DNA of 62,902 bases, counting the filler, from Rhabdomonas costata (lineage: Eukaryota), in assembly GCA_019059605.1 (NCBI GenBank). It is 57 parts of 57 records of this genome, joined end to end, with 100 filler letters (N's around TTAATTAATTAA, not from the genome) between each part and the next. Parts side by side here need not be neighbours in the genome. Positions count along the whole stretch, not along the records: positions 37,584 to 38,588 come from JAHMHO010034097.1; positions 38,689 to 39,693 come from JAHMHO010034098.1; positions 39,794 to 40,798 come from JAHMHO010034099.1; positions 40,899 to 41,902 come from JAHMHO010034100.1; positions 42,003 to 43,007 come from JAHMHO010034102.1; positions 43,108 to 44,112 come from JAHMHO010034103.1; positions 44,213 to 45,215 come from JAHMHO010034104.1; positions 45,316 to 46,320 come from JAHMHO010034105.1; 49 more parts are not named here. One strand, written 5' to 3'. A program made the position numbers and the translations under genes. The first letter of the stretch is position 1, and each line of letters starts with the position of its first letter. The notes beneath the pieces were generated by a model. The model was not told where the DNA came from, ran no database searches, and saw only the letters and a list, made by a program, of their open reading frames with translations. Shown one piece after another: positions 38,315-50,656 of this stretch.

Positions 38315-38532
38315 CACTCCGGGAAGCATGGGGCCTTGGAGGGGAACTCGGGCACCAGCTTGAGGTCGACGTTGCCCCATTCCCGGACCCGCTCACGGAG
38401 CTGCTGCTTGCGGAGGTTTTCCGCGGCAACGGACTGGGTGGAGATCATCCCGCGGGCCGCCCTCCGCGGCGCGGCAGTGCCACACGACGCCGCCACCCGA
38501 ATCCCCGTCAGGGACCGAGGAAGACGAAACAT
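38315..38532 (-). CDS. First exon of a probable mitochondrion-targeted protein
   Basis: MFRLPRSLTGIRVAASCGTAAPRRAARG has an Arg/Ala/Ser-rich, acid-free presequence; pyrimidine-rich upstream; 3' boundary approximate. Confidence 0.45.
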
Positions 38533-40039
38533 AGAAATATACCACAGCAAAAGAAATAGGAAGGAAAGAAAGGACAACCAAAAACCCCNNNNNNNNNNNN
38601 NNNNNNNNNNNNNNNNNNNNNNNNNNNNNNNNTTAATTAATTAANNNNNNNNNNNNNNNNNNNNNNNNNNNNNNNNNNNNNNNNNNNNGTTTTTTGGTGT
38701 ACCTTCTTGAGGCCACGCGGACAATTTTTTTTCACAATACCTGGCGCGTAGCTGCGGCTGCGTCGGATTTTGTGAACCTTGTGTGCGGGTGAGTACCCTG
38801 GGTATGCATGTGCACCTCATTCGGGTTTCTACGCGATGCTCTATGTATTCGTGTACGGGTGGGAGTGGGGGGTGTCCACAGACCACGGAGTGATTGGCCC
38901 AGCACACCACCCTCAGCAGAGCCACCTCAGGCCGGTGCAGGATGTTAACCTCCTCAACGAGGGAGGAGGAGGCCGGGGTCGCCCACCCCGCGGCGGCTGC
39001 CGTGGAGGAGGGGCCTCCAGTGGGGGAGGAGGTGCCCCTCTCCCGCGGAGGGGTGTGCCTGCCAAACTTCCGGAAGGCCTTTTTTGTTATTATTTGTTAT
39101 TGAGAAAGGAGGTGGTATGGGAGGCGAAAAAAAACGAAGTTATGATGCACCGCAGTCGCAGAGAAACGGGTGGGGGGAGAAACAATGTGAAGGCGGCAAC
39201 CTCAAATCAACCCTCCACGTCAGGATGGCAGCACTCCGGAATTTTGTTCTCTTTACAGAGTCAGAATGGGGCTACTGTATTTTTATTCGCTTTTTCACTG
39301 CTTCAAAACATTTCGTTTCTTGGTCTTACGAGCCAACAGATGAATCTCTTACAAACCGGATTGGCTCGCGAATTTCCAGTCCCAGCCCCACCCCGAAAAA
39401 GTGTACCCGTTATATGCACCAGCAATCACAAATAAGGAAAGGAAGATCCAGCACAAAATCCAGACTCACAAGCACTGACCAGGCCGTCAACCCCCCCCAA
39501 AAATTCGGACCCACAGCACTGACAAGCACAACCCTACCTGCGGACATGGCGTGTCCAAGCACCCACAGTAGGTTCTGGGCTTGACTGCCCTGCTGAGCAA
39601 TTCGCCCATTTGAGGTGGTAGCATTTCAGGCCCCAACTGTTCATGTTCACCGAGAACTGTTCATGTTCACCTGGCCTCAGGCTGTCTGGTTCTNNNNNNN
39701 NNNNNNNNNNNNNNNNNNNNNNNNNNNNNNNNNNNNNTTAATTAATTAANNNNNNNNNNNNNNNNNNNNNNNNNNNNNNNNNNNNNNNNNNNNTGTGGGG
39801 GTTATCGGATGAAGGTTTTGGACAGTGCGTGAGAACGAAGGGTTTCGCTGATCCCTGCAGACGCAATATTTAGCTGAAATTCTGTTGTGAACCCGTCGCT
39901 ACGCTGGCAGTATGTGAGACCCACGCACTCCTTGAGGAGCTGGGGGAAGTTTCTGTCGTTATCGTTCTCTCAAATCTGACACATATCGAGGGATTTTGGT
40001 TGAGGAAAGAGTGTGAATGGTGGCAGGACACGCACTTAC

Positions 40040-40724
40040 CATGACGGAGAAGAAGAGAAGCTTCCCCAGTCCATTGGTCAGAGCATTGGCTGCGGTCACC
40101 ATTGATGTGGAGTCTTCTTCCGAGGCATGGGCCCATCGAAACTCCAGGGTGGCGGAGCGGAACTCCGAGAAGAGCATGGTAAAGACCTGGCTGAGTACCC
40201 GCGGGTCCTCCACCCCGCGAAACATCGCTGTTGTGAAAGTAATTTGCAGAAGACACAGGACTGGGAGCACCACTCCCGGCATTCAGCACAGGGAAGGCAA
40301 TCGGTGGTCTTTTTCTGGTTAACCTTCTTCTCATGTCCAAAATCCAGAAGGATGAAAAGCAATCGTGTGCAAATGGCATCCATGATGGCGGCAATTAGTG
40401 CTTCAAAAGCGCAAGAAGCGGGCCTTGCTCAACTGATTAATGAGAAGACATTCTGAGCATTTCCAAAAAGAAACCCTGGAAAAGTGCATATCCCGACTTT
40501 TGGAAGAAAAATTCATCCAAATACCTTCGAGGTGACACGGACAATATTTCCACAATACTTCCACAACGACGTTTTCTCCAGAATACCTGGATACTTAGGT
40601 AGTTGCGCGAAAAAAAAACGGAAGCTAGGTTGAATGGCACCCGCGCCTGCAGTGACCTGCGAGGGTTTCTGCAGAGAGGCGGCGAATGTGCTGCCTCTGG
40701 TCGCCAAGGAGGGTGAAGTACAAC
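40040..40724 (-). CDS. UTP20-like N-terminal region, two exons (40657-40724, 40040-40227)
   Basis: Spliced LYFTLLGDQRQHIRRLSAETLAAMFRGVEDP...LTNGLGKLLF resembles the UTP20 pattern LL....HIR.FAAE.F....R.V.D...G.G.LLF; phase-compatible GT-AG intron. Confidence 0.55.
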
Positions 40725-40898
40725 CTGCCATAAAAAACAAGGTGCACAAATCCACAACGCATCCAAAGCATCCAAACCAAACCACACACACCCAACACNN
40801 NNNNNNNNNNNNNNNNNNNNNNNNNNNNNNNNNNNNNNNNNNTTAATTAATTAANNNNNNNNNNNNNNNNNNNNNNNNNNNNNNNNNNNNNNNNNNNN

Positions 40899-41130
40899 GG
40901 TTTGGTGCATGGGTGTGGATGTGCTGCTATGTGTGGTGCCATGTGCCACTGGTGTGTTGCGCTGTTGCTGTTATCGTTGGGTGTGCTTGAGGGTTCTCGT
41001 ATTCCTTTTGATCTGCTGGGGTGTGAATCTGAACTTGCATCTGACTGAACTGGCTGAGTTATCTTAGGTCTTATTACGTACGGAGTAGTTATCGTCCTAG
41101 GTGGTGCTGGTGGTGGTCTAGTTCTTGGGA
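40899..41130 (+). pseudogene. nad1: NADH dehydrogenase subunit 1 internal fragment (mitochondrial or NUMT)
   Basis: GVLEGSRIPFDLLGCESELASD (40980-41045) matches the ND1 loop E.NR.PFDL.E.ESEL; after a +1 shift it reads AELS*VLLRTE*LSS*VVLVVV*FLG. Confidence 0.85.
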
Positions 41131-44100
41131 ATTCAAGCTCAAGAACTACCTCTATTGACCAATTCTCCGCTGTAGGGCACCACTACTGTTGCTGCGTAGC
41201 AAATGCTAGTTGGAAACACCATGGACCAATACCACTCACCGTGGTACCATACACGAGGCTGGAAAAAGGCCAAAGACTGAAAAGAATTTCCTGACAACCT
41301 CCACCCCTGCGGCCACGCCTGCCTCACAGGAGGCCAAAGGTCAATTTCTACTACTACATCATCTTTCAAGTCCGAAATTTTTACGCTTTTGCGATTTTTT
41401 TAATATAATTGTTCACGTTTTCCGGGAACCGCGGTTTCTTTTACGAAAAACGTAAAAAAAAGTGGCCAACCCTGCCCAATGCTAGAGAACATTCCGAAAA
41501 GAGCCTAATGGTCGGTGAAACCCACCCGCACCCAATCGTTGAATTGGTCAGCTAATATTCCTCACAGACACACGAGTGCTGCAATCCACCCAAACTGCAC
41601 CTCCCCACGGCCAATATTAGCAAACAACCGCTCCTTTTCTTAAGGTCTAAAGGCTAAGCGCTAATCAATCACCTCAACTTGCTTCAATTAAAGCGGAGTT
41701 TCAGGACGACTTCGGTGCCTTTGCACACCCAACACACACATGCTTACTTTGGATAACCATGCCTGGCACAGCGCTCCTCTTTTAACGATAATGCTATTTG
41801 GGGCTGCTCCGCAAAGACTTGAGCAGATCCCCAACGGCGATTCCGTAAGGGGTGTTGTTGGTGGAAAAGATAAACAGAAAACATCCATCGGTAACCACAA
41901 CANNNNNNNNNNNNNNNNNNNNNNNNNNNNNNNNNNNNNNNNNNNNTTAATTAATTAANNNNNNNNNNNNNNNNNNNNNNNNNNNNNNNNNNNNNNNNNN
42001 NNGTGGTGGAGGATCCGTGTACTGACTGAGGTATCTTGCATGGTAGTGGGATAGGGAGCCTCGCTGTGACTGGGGGACTGTGGACTCGGAGCGCTGCTGG
42101 GGAGGCTGGTCTCTGCAGTGTCACGAGAAACACCATGTGAGAAGAAGCAGAGAGCTGTAGGGGAGGGAGTTGGAGAGGAACTGTCGCCGCTCCCAGCCCA
42201 ATCTTCCGTCCGGAGGGGAACCGGCCAATCATCAGAGCGGAGGGACAGAGTGGTGGGAGCTGAGGCAGTGGCGGATCTGGGGCCCCGCTGGGAGGCATGG
42301 CGCCACACTCGAGGGGTTAATGAGCCGTAATTGGTCAAGAGCAGAAGGAAGTTGCTCAAGATATTATGTGGAGGTAAGAAAATGTGTGCGGAATTAACGC
42401 GTAACAGCAACCGCCCACTTAAATAGAAACACAAGAAAGTTGAAAGAACTCATTTAGTGATGTTTATATCCAAAAGATACAATTCTCCCCACAACTACAA
42501 TCCCAGTAGTGCTGCTCTATCAATTGCAACCGCAAATTGATTGGAAGCAAAAATGTTAAGATATGTAGAGGATGAGGAATTACGACAACCAGGAGTTTCC
42601 AGCTGTGGACTCATTTCATAACACATGCCACACTACAGGAATGCTGATGGAAGATCAAATGGTAATTGCCCCGGTGAACCTATTGATTGACCCACTGCAG
42701 AAATTTCAGATGTCGTTACCTTCTAAGTACGTAATAGCAGTGGAGCGTGAATGCGACGTCCCGAGCAGTCCAACGTCAGTAGTGTTGAAGTTTTGTTGGA
42801 TACCATTCAGCGCTGTGAGGAAACAAATCCAAAGTCCCATCCACAGGTCTTGTTTTCTGCACTGTAGGTTGAAAAGATTGCTACAATTAAGCAAGATCAG
42901 CTGTATCTTGCTAGATATCAAAAACCAAAACCGAAAATCAAAATAAAACTACGTAATTCGCCTCGTAATGTGGCATAGAAGTTAATTAAGAATTGTTACC
43001 AAACACCNNNNNNNNNNNNNNNNNNNNNNNNNNNNNNNNNNNNNNNNNNNNTTAATTAATTAANNNNNNNNNNNNNNNNNNNNNNNNNNNNNNNNNNNNN
43101 NNNNNNNGGGGTTTTGTAATGGTCGGGAGGCGATGCACGTTATCCCCTGGAACTCCGATAGAAGTTTTGCTGGGGGTTAGAAGGCGATAAACGCGCTCGG
43201 TACAGCTTTGTTAAAGATGTTTTGGGCCGCCCAATTCCTAGGTGCTTTCATAAACCCTTCTGTTTGGCTTTCCTACTCCTTTCCTTTCTTTGCTGTGGGA
43301 AAAACTATGCCATTGAACAACTGCACAAAGTTCTGCACCTTCTGTGATGTGTTAGAGCCTTCTTCTTCAGAGGTATGGGTATGGGGAAATTTTCCTTATT
43401 TCCCACGGGGAAAAATTTTCACTTACCCAACCTCCCTATTCTCAGTCCCACTCCCCCCCAAAAAACGGGAACAAGGCTACCACATTCGCACACACACCTC
43501 ACGGTCCACCCGGAAGTTTTCAACGAAAGGGGCCCGCTCCTCGCCTGCCTTCTGAAGCAGCGCAGGGCTGTGCTGGGTAACCCAACCCTGCAGCAGTTCC
43601 GCTGTAGACGACGAGCTTGTGGGGTCCAGCTCGGCCAGGCTGGCACAGGCCCGGGCCATCGCGTCCTTCACGGACACGGCCGCCCTATTGGAAACACACA
43701 CGCAAAGTTAACATGACGCTGTGCTGTCGCGAAAGGAAAATACAAAACCCGACGTCATGGAAACAGAAGATGACTGACTGCACACATGTAACAGGAAGAA
43801 GTATAGGTACGTATACCGAGGCAGTAGTGTGGAAGCCACTGACGGTGCTCCAATGACTCACACCTACTGAAGCTGGACTCGGCCAGGCCCCTGCTGAACG
43901 CCACAGACTTGCGCCGGGCAGTGGATGGCGGGCTAGCTCTCGGAATCTCGGCCTCGTGGAAGCTGCCGCCGGAGTCGTTGGCCATTGCCTCCGCAGTGGC
44001 AACTTCGCACTCTCGCAGTAGCGCCGCGAAGCTCCGGAAGGGCATCCACACGGAGTGCCAGTCGAGGCAGCAATAGTACTCGAAAACCGAGCACAGAACA

Positions 44101-46421
44101 TCCCACCAGCCCNNNNNNNNNNNNNNNNNNNNNNNNNNNNNNNNNNNNNNNNNNNNTTAATTAATTAANNNNNNNNNNNNNNNNNNNNNNNNNNNNNNNN
44201 NNNNNNNNNNNNGGGGTTGTGTTACTGGCATGCATGCGCACTCTTACCGCAGGGAAATGATTACTTATTATAGTCATTATACTGGTGTCCGAGTATTATA
44301 TCCAATATGAATTTGCCTTGAAAATTTTTACTGTAGAGTATTTCCTTGAGGTCCGCATTGGTGCGAAGTGGGGACATGCGAGTTTTTTTTGCCTGACAGA
44401 CCCAGCCGCTATTATTCGTTTTTTCCCTCTGTGTTATTGCTAAATTCTCGCTGATTTTCAAAGTTTTCATTTTCATCTCTTTTCTGAGCCAAAGCTGTAA
44501 TTTCAAACGGCTCTATCTCAGAAAAAATTACCCAAGTCCAAGCATCCACAGTGCCCGCAAAACAAACCCATAGTCGATGAATACTATGAATAAGAGCAAA
44601 AATATTGGGTAAAGTGCTCGTGGACACTTGGTACTATAATATCATTATACTATAATTTTCGTTTTAAGTAAGGAGTAGTAACACCCCAAAACTCAAAAGG
44701 ACGTATGTGACGTGTTTCAACCTGGAGTCGTCAGACCTATGTGAATGCCATCGTCTTCAGCAGGATGGTTATAGCTCCCGCGACTCCCCCTGCCATCTTG
44801 GCTCGCACCCATATCAAGGAAAGTTCTTGTTTTGTGTCGCTACGCTAGAAAATTCTTCGATTCTTGCACCCTGCGGGAATCCTTCCACATAACTCATGCG
44901 GGTTGTGTGGAGTTTGGTCCTCACACGGGTAGGTTTTCTGCTTAGGAAGCACAAAACAGGTCAAAAAAAAGAAGAATTCTGTGGTTCTGAGTTTACGGTG
45001 TAACGTACTTTATTATAGTACCGAAACAGAACAAAGGCATGCCCGCACAAACACGGTGCCAATCTTTTTAGAGTGGTGGTTACTCTCGAGTTTCCACTCA
45101 ACGCGCGCGCAAGCGAAAACAAGAGAAGGGGATGTCGTCAGTCACAAGAAACCTGCAATGACAACGCAGCAAAGTGTGTCATGAACAGCTGGTTTCTGTC
45201 CCCTGTCCACACACCNNNNNNNNNNNNNNNNNNNNNNNNNNNNNNNNNNNNNNNNNNNNTTAATTAATTAANNNNNNNNNNNNNNNNNNNNNNNNNNNNN
45301 NNNNNNNNNNNNNNNGGGGGTTGGTGAACTCAAGTGTTTCGTGCTGTTGGGTGTCCGAGAGTGGATGGAACGTGTTGGATTGGAGTGGTGTGAGTACGGA
45401 ATGATTTGAGGTGTGAGGAAGAATGTTACTGAGCCCCGACTTATGGGGAGCTGGGCATTGGGCCACACTATTGGAGAAACTTGCCTGGCGCGTGGTGCAG
45501 GGGGTCGCCGTTTCCAGCGACCCAGTTAGCCGCAGCGATGGAAGGTATAAGGCGTGGGTTCTTTGAGGTGTAAACTGCGGAAACCGTGATGTAATAGGTG
45601 TCCGTCGGCGTTCTCGTGGCAGTGGAAGCTGTATAGTGGAGGCTCTCCACGACTTCCGCGATGCTTCCAGAGAGCTCGCTGCAGTAGGACTGCATGATAG
45701 ACCAGTCAACCTCCGAAGTTAGGAGCTGGTGCGCCAGGCGCAGGACTCTGGCGTAACTGTTCCTGATCGGAGAGGAACATGTGGCCCAGCAGGAGCTCCA
45801 GAGAAGCCGAAGAGATGGTGTTGGGGAGAACTGTATGAGGCTGCGTGGCGAGACTGAGATTAAGAGCTGCAAATTTGGCCTTCAGGTCAACTTTGGACGC
45901 TGTCAAATTTGACTTTGGCGCCAGGTGGCTTTCTACAGGCTTCGCTTGGAGGTCTGGATCTGCTTTACCGCCGACAGCAGTTGTTGGAGCAAGGCGGTGG
46001 TATCGGTCTTAATACAGAGTATACACGTGATTCACAGTGGCTTGAAATATTGGTAATTATGTTCAGCTTGTAGAATTTTTGGCATTCGACCGCACAACAG
46101 ATGCCGAGCCACATCCAGATACCATTTGCTGTGCATTTATGCTCCACGGTTTACCGCCACATCCCATCTTCTGGAAAGAGTGTCCGTAATTTAAAACGTG
46201 CTACAATTATTTGTGAGACACAATGACCCACAGTATGCGCGCTAGAAACAAAATTTTGCAAACAAAATAGGACGTCTACGGGATTCCGTACCGCTCGCTT
46301 ATGTGAATAAAACCCACACCNNNNNNNNNNNNNNNNNNNNNNNNNNNNNNNNNNNNNNNNNNNNTTAATTAATTAANNNNNNNNNNNNNNNNNNNNNNNN
46401 NNNNNNNNNNNNNNNNNNNNT

Positions 46422-47150
46422 TCGATGGTTGTGGCGGGATGTGTGCTCGGAGGGTTGGTCGTTGTGGTTGTCCTGCGGTTGTTGTTGGTGTCGTTGTTGG
46501 TATCTTTGTTGGTGGCGTTGTTAGTTGCGTGTCAAGATGGTGCGGTGGTGTCAGCGTCTCCTGTTGTTGTATCTACTGTGGTGTCAGCGTCTGTTGTGGT
46601 CCATGGTGTCGGCGTTGCTTCCTCTGTTCTGTGTACTAATGTGGTAATTCCTGCTGTGTATACTGCGTGTTTCCAGATATTGATGGGTGGTGTTGGTGCC
46701 GTGGGTGTGGATGCTGTTTCCCTTGATGGTATTCGTGCGCGGTGTTGCCTCTACCGTGTGCCTTTGTTCTCCTTCTGAATCTGTGTGTGGTTCCTCACTA
46801 CTGGTGTGAGGTTCCTGTTGACGTCTATGGCTACGTTGTGTCTTCGTGTTGCCATGCTGTGTATGCTGCTTCTGATGGTGATGCTTGCTATTTGTTGCGA
46901 TCTCTGCAGATGTGTAGCGGTGCCTCTGGCTCTCGTGTTACTATCGACATCTATGCTGTACCCACTTCTCATGCTGACTCTATGCGTATTCCTGCTGCTT
47001 TTGTGGTTCTTTTTGCTGCCTTTTTTCGTGTTGGTGGCATTGTTCTCTGTGTGGGTTCTGCGCTTCAGTTACCAGACCCTGTTGTTACTGTGTTGGTTCC
47101 TTCCTCTGGCGTTGATGCTGCGTGTGTTCTGACTCTGACGCCACTGCTAG
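46422..47150 (+). pseudogene. nad1: Second, highly divergent nad1-like sequence (one open frame if TGA=Trp)
   Basis: Hydrophobic G/T-rich frame with VHGVG, LDGIR...RVP...LTTG and C-terminal RFSYQTLLLLCWFLPLAL (cf. ND1 RFRYDQLM.L.W..FLPL.L); TGA at 46776, 47130 and 47136, first TAG at 47148. Confidence 0.55.
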
Positions 47151-50024
47151 GTTCCTGCTTCCATGATGTGGACCTTTGATACCGCTGATGCGTTATCATC
47201 ATGCCATTGGGCGCAACCATACAGTCAGAGCGTAACCAGATGACAGAAATGCGATTCCATTCTATTGACGTGATTCTGTGTGGTGATGTGGAAGTGGCGA
47301 CGATGGTGACTCCTACTCCTACCGCTTCTTCGACACTGATTCCTTCCAGCCTCGCTATTCCCACGCTGGTTTTTACACCTGATGCTACAACAGAGGCCAC
47401 TCAACCCATCATGCCCACCCCCCCCNNNNNNNNNNNNNNNNNNNNNNNNNNNNNNNNNNNNNNNNNNNNTTAATTAATTAANNNNNNNNNNNNNNNNNNN
47501 NNNNNNNNNNNNNNNNNNNNNNNNNAGGGAGGCAGGCTGAGTCTGCGCCGCAGCGTACGACACCGCGGAAGCTAAAGCAAGAGATAGACCTTCAAGGCAC
47601 CCTCGACTTCAAAACAGTAACTCCGGCAACGAATCGTGGATTACCGAAGATATACTGCCCTCTCCACCCACATTCAACTTTGCGACTTCCCCAGAGAGGA
47701 GCTTTTCGGGTCCACAACGTCAGTCCTCTGTCACCGAAGCATAGAACTTAAAAATTAGGGCTTAAGTTGAAGTAAAGGAGACGGCCGCGCGCTGGTCCTC
47801 GCACCCCATAGGCCAGTCTCCATTTATTGCGTATAATGTCCCATCATGTGCACTTTCTTCCCCGCATCAGCAAGAGGGTTTCAGGGGTTTGTTGGCATTC
47901 TTCGGCGTTTGCCGAAGGGAGGGAAGGGTCGGGGTTGCTCAGTTGCTCAATCCTTCCATTTTCCTTCATAGTCGAGCACCCCACCCTTCACCCATGACTA
48001 AGCTATCTTCGGTTTTCAATGGAAAAATGGTTTTTGTCATAGCGTCCACGGCGTCATAGCGTCCACGGTCAGTCCACGGCAACATCAGTATGAAAATACA
48101 GAAGTTAGTGGGTGCAAAAGAACAGCGGAGACAACTTTGGGAGACCTTGCAAGCCGTAGGAGGCCACCACGGCAAACACACCACCACCAACAACAACTGG
48201 GGATCCATTTCTCAGTGGCCCAAACCACATCTGTTATGAATAGTTGAATTTTTATACTGACACTACAAGGAGAGAATACTCTTGTAGGGATACGGTTACC
48301 GGAGGTGTACGCGGGGGCTGGAAGAGCTCGGAAGTTCGAGCTGACGGCTGGAGAAGAGGAGACGGCGTAGTAGTCTGCCGTGGTGGAGAACATGGACGGA
48401 GACCGAGAGGAGGCGGAGGAACCCGGGAACTGTTGCTGCTGAGGATCAAGGAGAGAATTGAAAGCAGAGCATGTTGGAGTCGTCACAGAACACAGAAGAA
48501 TAACACCCACCCACCAGTCCACACCACCCCNNNNNNNNNNNNNNNNNNNNNNNNNNNNNNNNNNNNNNNNNNNNTTAATTAATTAANNNNNNNNNNNNNN
48601 NNNNNNNNNNNNNNNNNNNNNNNNNNNNNNTGTTGGTGGGTCCTGCGGTGGGAGCAGCTTTCCGCCTGAATGCTCTGAACAAAGGTTTGATTTTGGTTGT
48701 TGTTGTTTTGGCGTGGGACGGGTGAGACGTGTGGAGGGGGGTGCAATGGTTGAAAGAACCCAACAAGCCCAACGGCACAAAAGGGGGCTTTTTGTGTTTT
48801 GTATTTGTCTGAGTTCTCACTTTGGACCTGTCGTGGTGCATATGTGTCCCGTGCGTCCTTGCTAATGGCTAGGGTATGGGGGGGGGGCTTGACACCACCA
48901 AAATAAATCGCACCAATTCTTACATTACTTTGTCTTTCAACCGCTCAACCGCGAGCCCATTCCGTTCATCTCTGAAGTAACCGCGCCGTGTGCCCTCCTC
49001 CCGCTCCGTGTGCCGGCGGCAACCAGCAGGAAGCTTTACTTGCTGGTCCCAACCCACCCACCTGCCACTTGCTGGCCGACAGCTGCTCGAGCAAAGCGGT
49101 GGCGATGTGCGAGGTGTGCGGTGCCCCAACTGGGCTGTTTTCTTATTATTTTTGCTTTGCAGTTCTGGGAACTCGGGCGCTCGCGGATGCTGCTGTGAGG
49201 CAGACTGCGCAGTTTACGTTCCAGTTCCGGGTGGTGGACCGCGTCCAGGTTTATGATCAAAAGGAGCTGGGGGAGAGTGGGGTCGGGGTGGTGGAATTTG
49301 AAGTCAGTTTAGCCTTTCCCTTTTTTTTTTACTTTTCCTCTGTTTGTCATTATTTGTTCTCAAGCCTCACGCTCTCGGCTTTTCCTCGGTTGTCGGAAAA
49401 TGAATATCCACAGGAGTTGAGGTGTCCGTGTTTCTGCTGTGAGTCTGCAAGCACAATCACAGCTCAAAGTTAAAGAGGCGACGAAAGGACGCAGATCCAG
49501 AAAAAACACTCATCGTAAAAACAAGCAATAAGCACTTAGTCGCCGCCTGCTGTGACTTTGAGCTGTGATTGTGCTTGCAGACTCACAGCTCAAAGTTAAA
49601 GAGGCGACGAAAGGACGCAGATCCAGAAAAACCACNNNNNNNNNNNNNNNNNNNNNNNNNNNNNNNNNNNNNNNNNNNNTTAATTAATTAANNNNNNNNN
49701 NNNNNNNNNNNNNNNNNNNNNNNNNNNNNNNNNNNGAGTTTTTTTTCGGGGGGGGGGTATCTCAGCGGGTCCTTTGCTTTCTTGAATCCCTGTGCTTTGG
49801 TTGCATTGCTTTTCAATGAAAAGAGCGAACTGGCTGTGGTGTGGCTTGCGTTGGCGGTGGCCGTGCATTTTGTCATGGCTGTTCGTGCGGTGTCTTTGAT
49901 TGCGGTGAGTTGGCTACACAGCGCACCCAGACCGTGGTCAATCTTCCTGTTGGGCGGGTTTCACCTATCTCTCATTCACTTTCACTCTCCTTTTTTCATT
50001 TTTGCTTCTTCCCTCTTTTGTCAG

Positions 50025-50656
50025 CAGCTCAGCGGGGCCCGACGAGCTCTCCGCGAGCTGGCAATGCTGGCACACTTCCGGAACCACCCCAATGTTGTGG
50101 GCCTGGTGGACTTCGTGTGCCTACCGTCGCAGTGCACCTTGGTTGCCATCACCGAGCGGATGGACTACGGTGCGGAACCTTTTCGTGGGAGCACTGCTTA
50201 CCAGCATCGTTGTCGACGTGGGGGGCGTGGACTCTCTGTTTTGTGGGTGTCTGGCTGTTGGGGGGGCTGCTCTTTTAATCTTTTTGTATGTGTGCTGACG
50301 AGAAACCTTCCGGTGGGGCAAGCAGCTGCAGATATAGCATAGCCCGCACAAACTCAAGCCCATGGATTATGAAAAATGCCGGTCTTTTTGGGAGCTCATG
50401 GGGGGTACAGAACTGGTTTGTTTTTTTTACTATTCCGTTTTGGATTATCTTGCCTCCTCCGGGGAGAATGGGCAAGAGCTGTGACCTTCCTGGGCTGGCA
50501 ACTTCTGCCACGTCTCAAGCAGATTCTGAAAGCTTGCACATTTTTATGCTTTTTGTAGATCTTCAGGATATTCTCAAGTCGGCATTCATCTTTGCCGAGG
50601 AGCAGATTTCCTGTCTTCTGTACCAGCTGCTGTTTCCCTTGCTGTACATCCACCGG
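50025..50656 (+). CDS. MAP kinase (CMGC) exons (~50025-50169, 50559-50656)
   Basis: ARRALRELAMLAHFRNHPNVVGLVD...ITERMDY|DLQDILKS...EEQISCLLYQLLFPLLYIHR; phase-compatible GT-AG intron. Confidence 0.85.
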
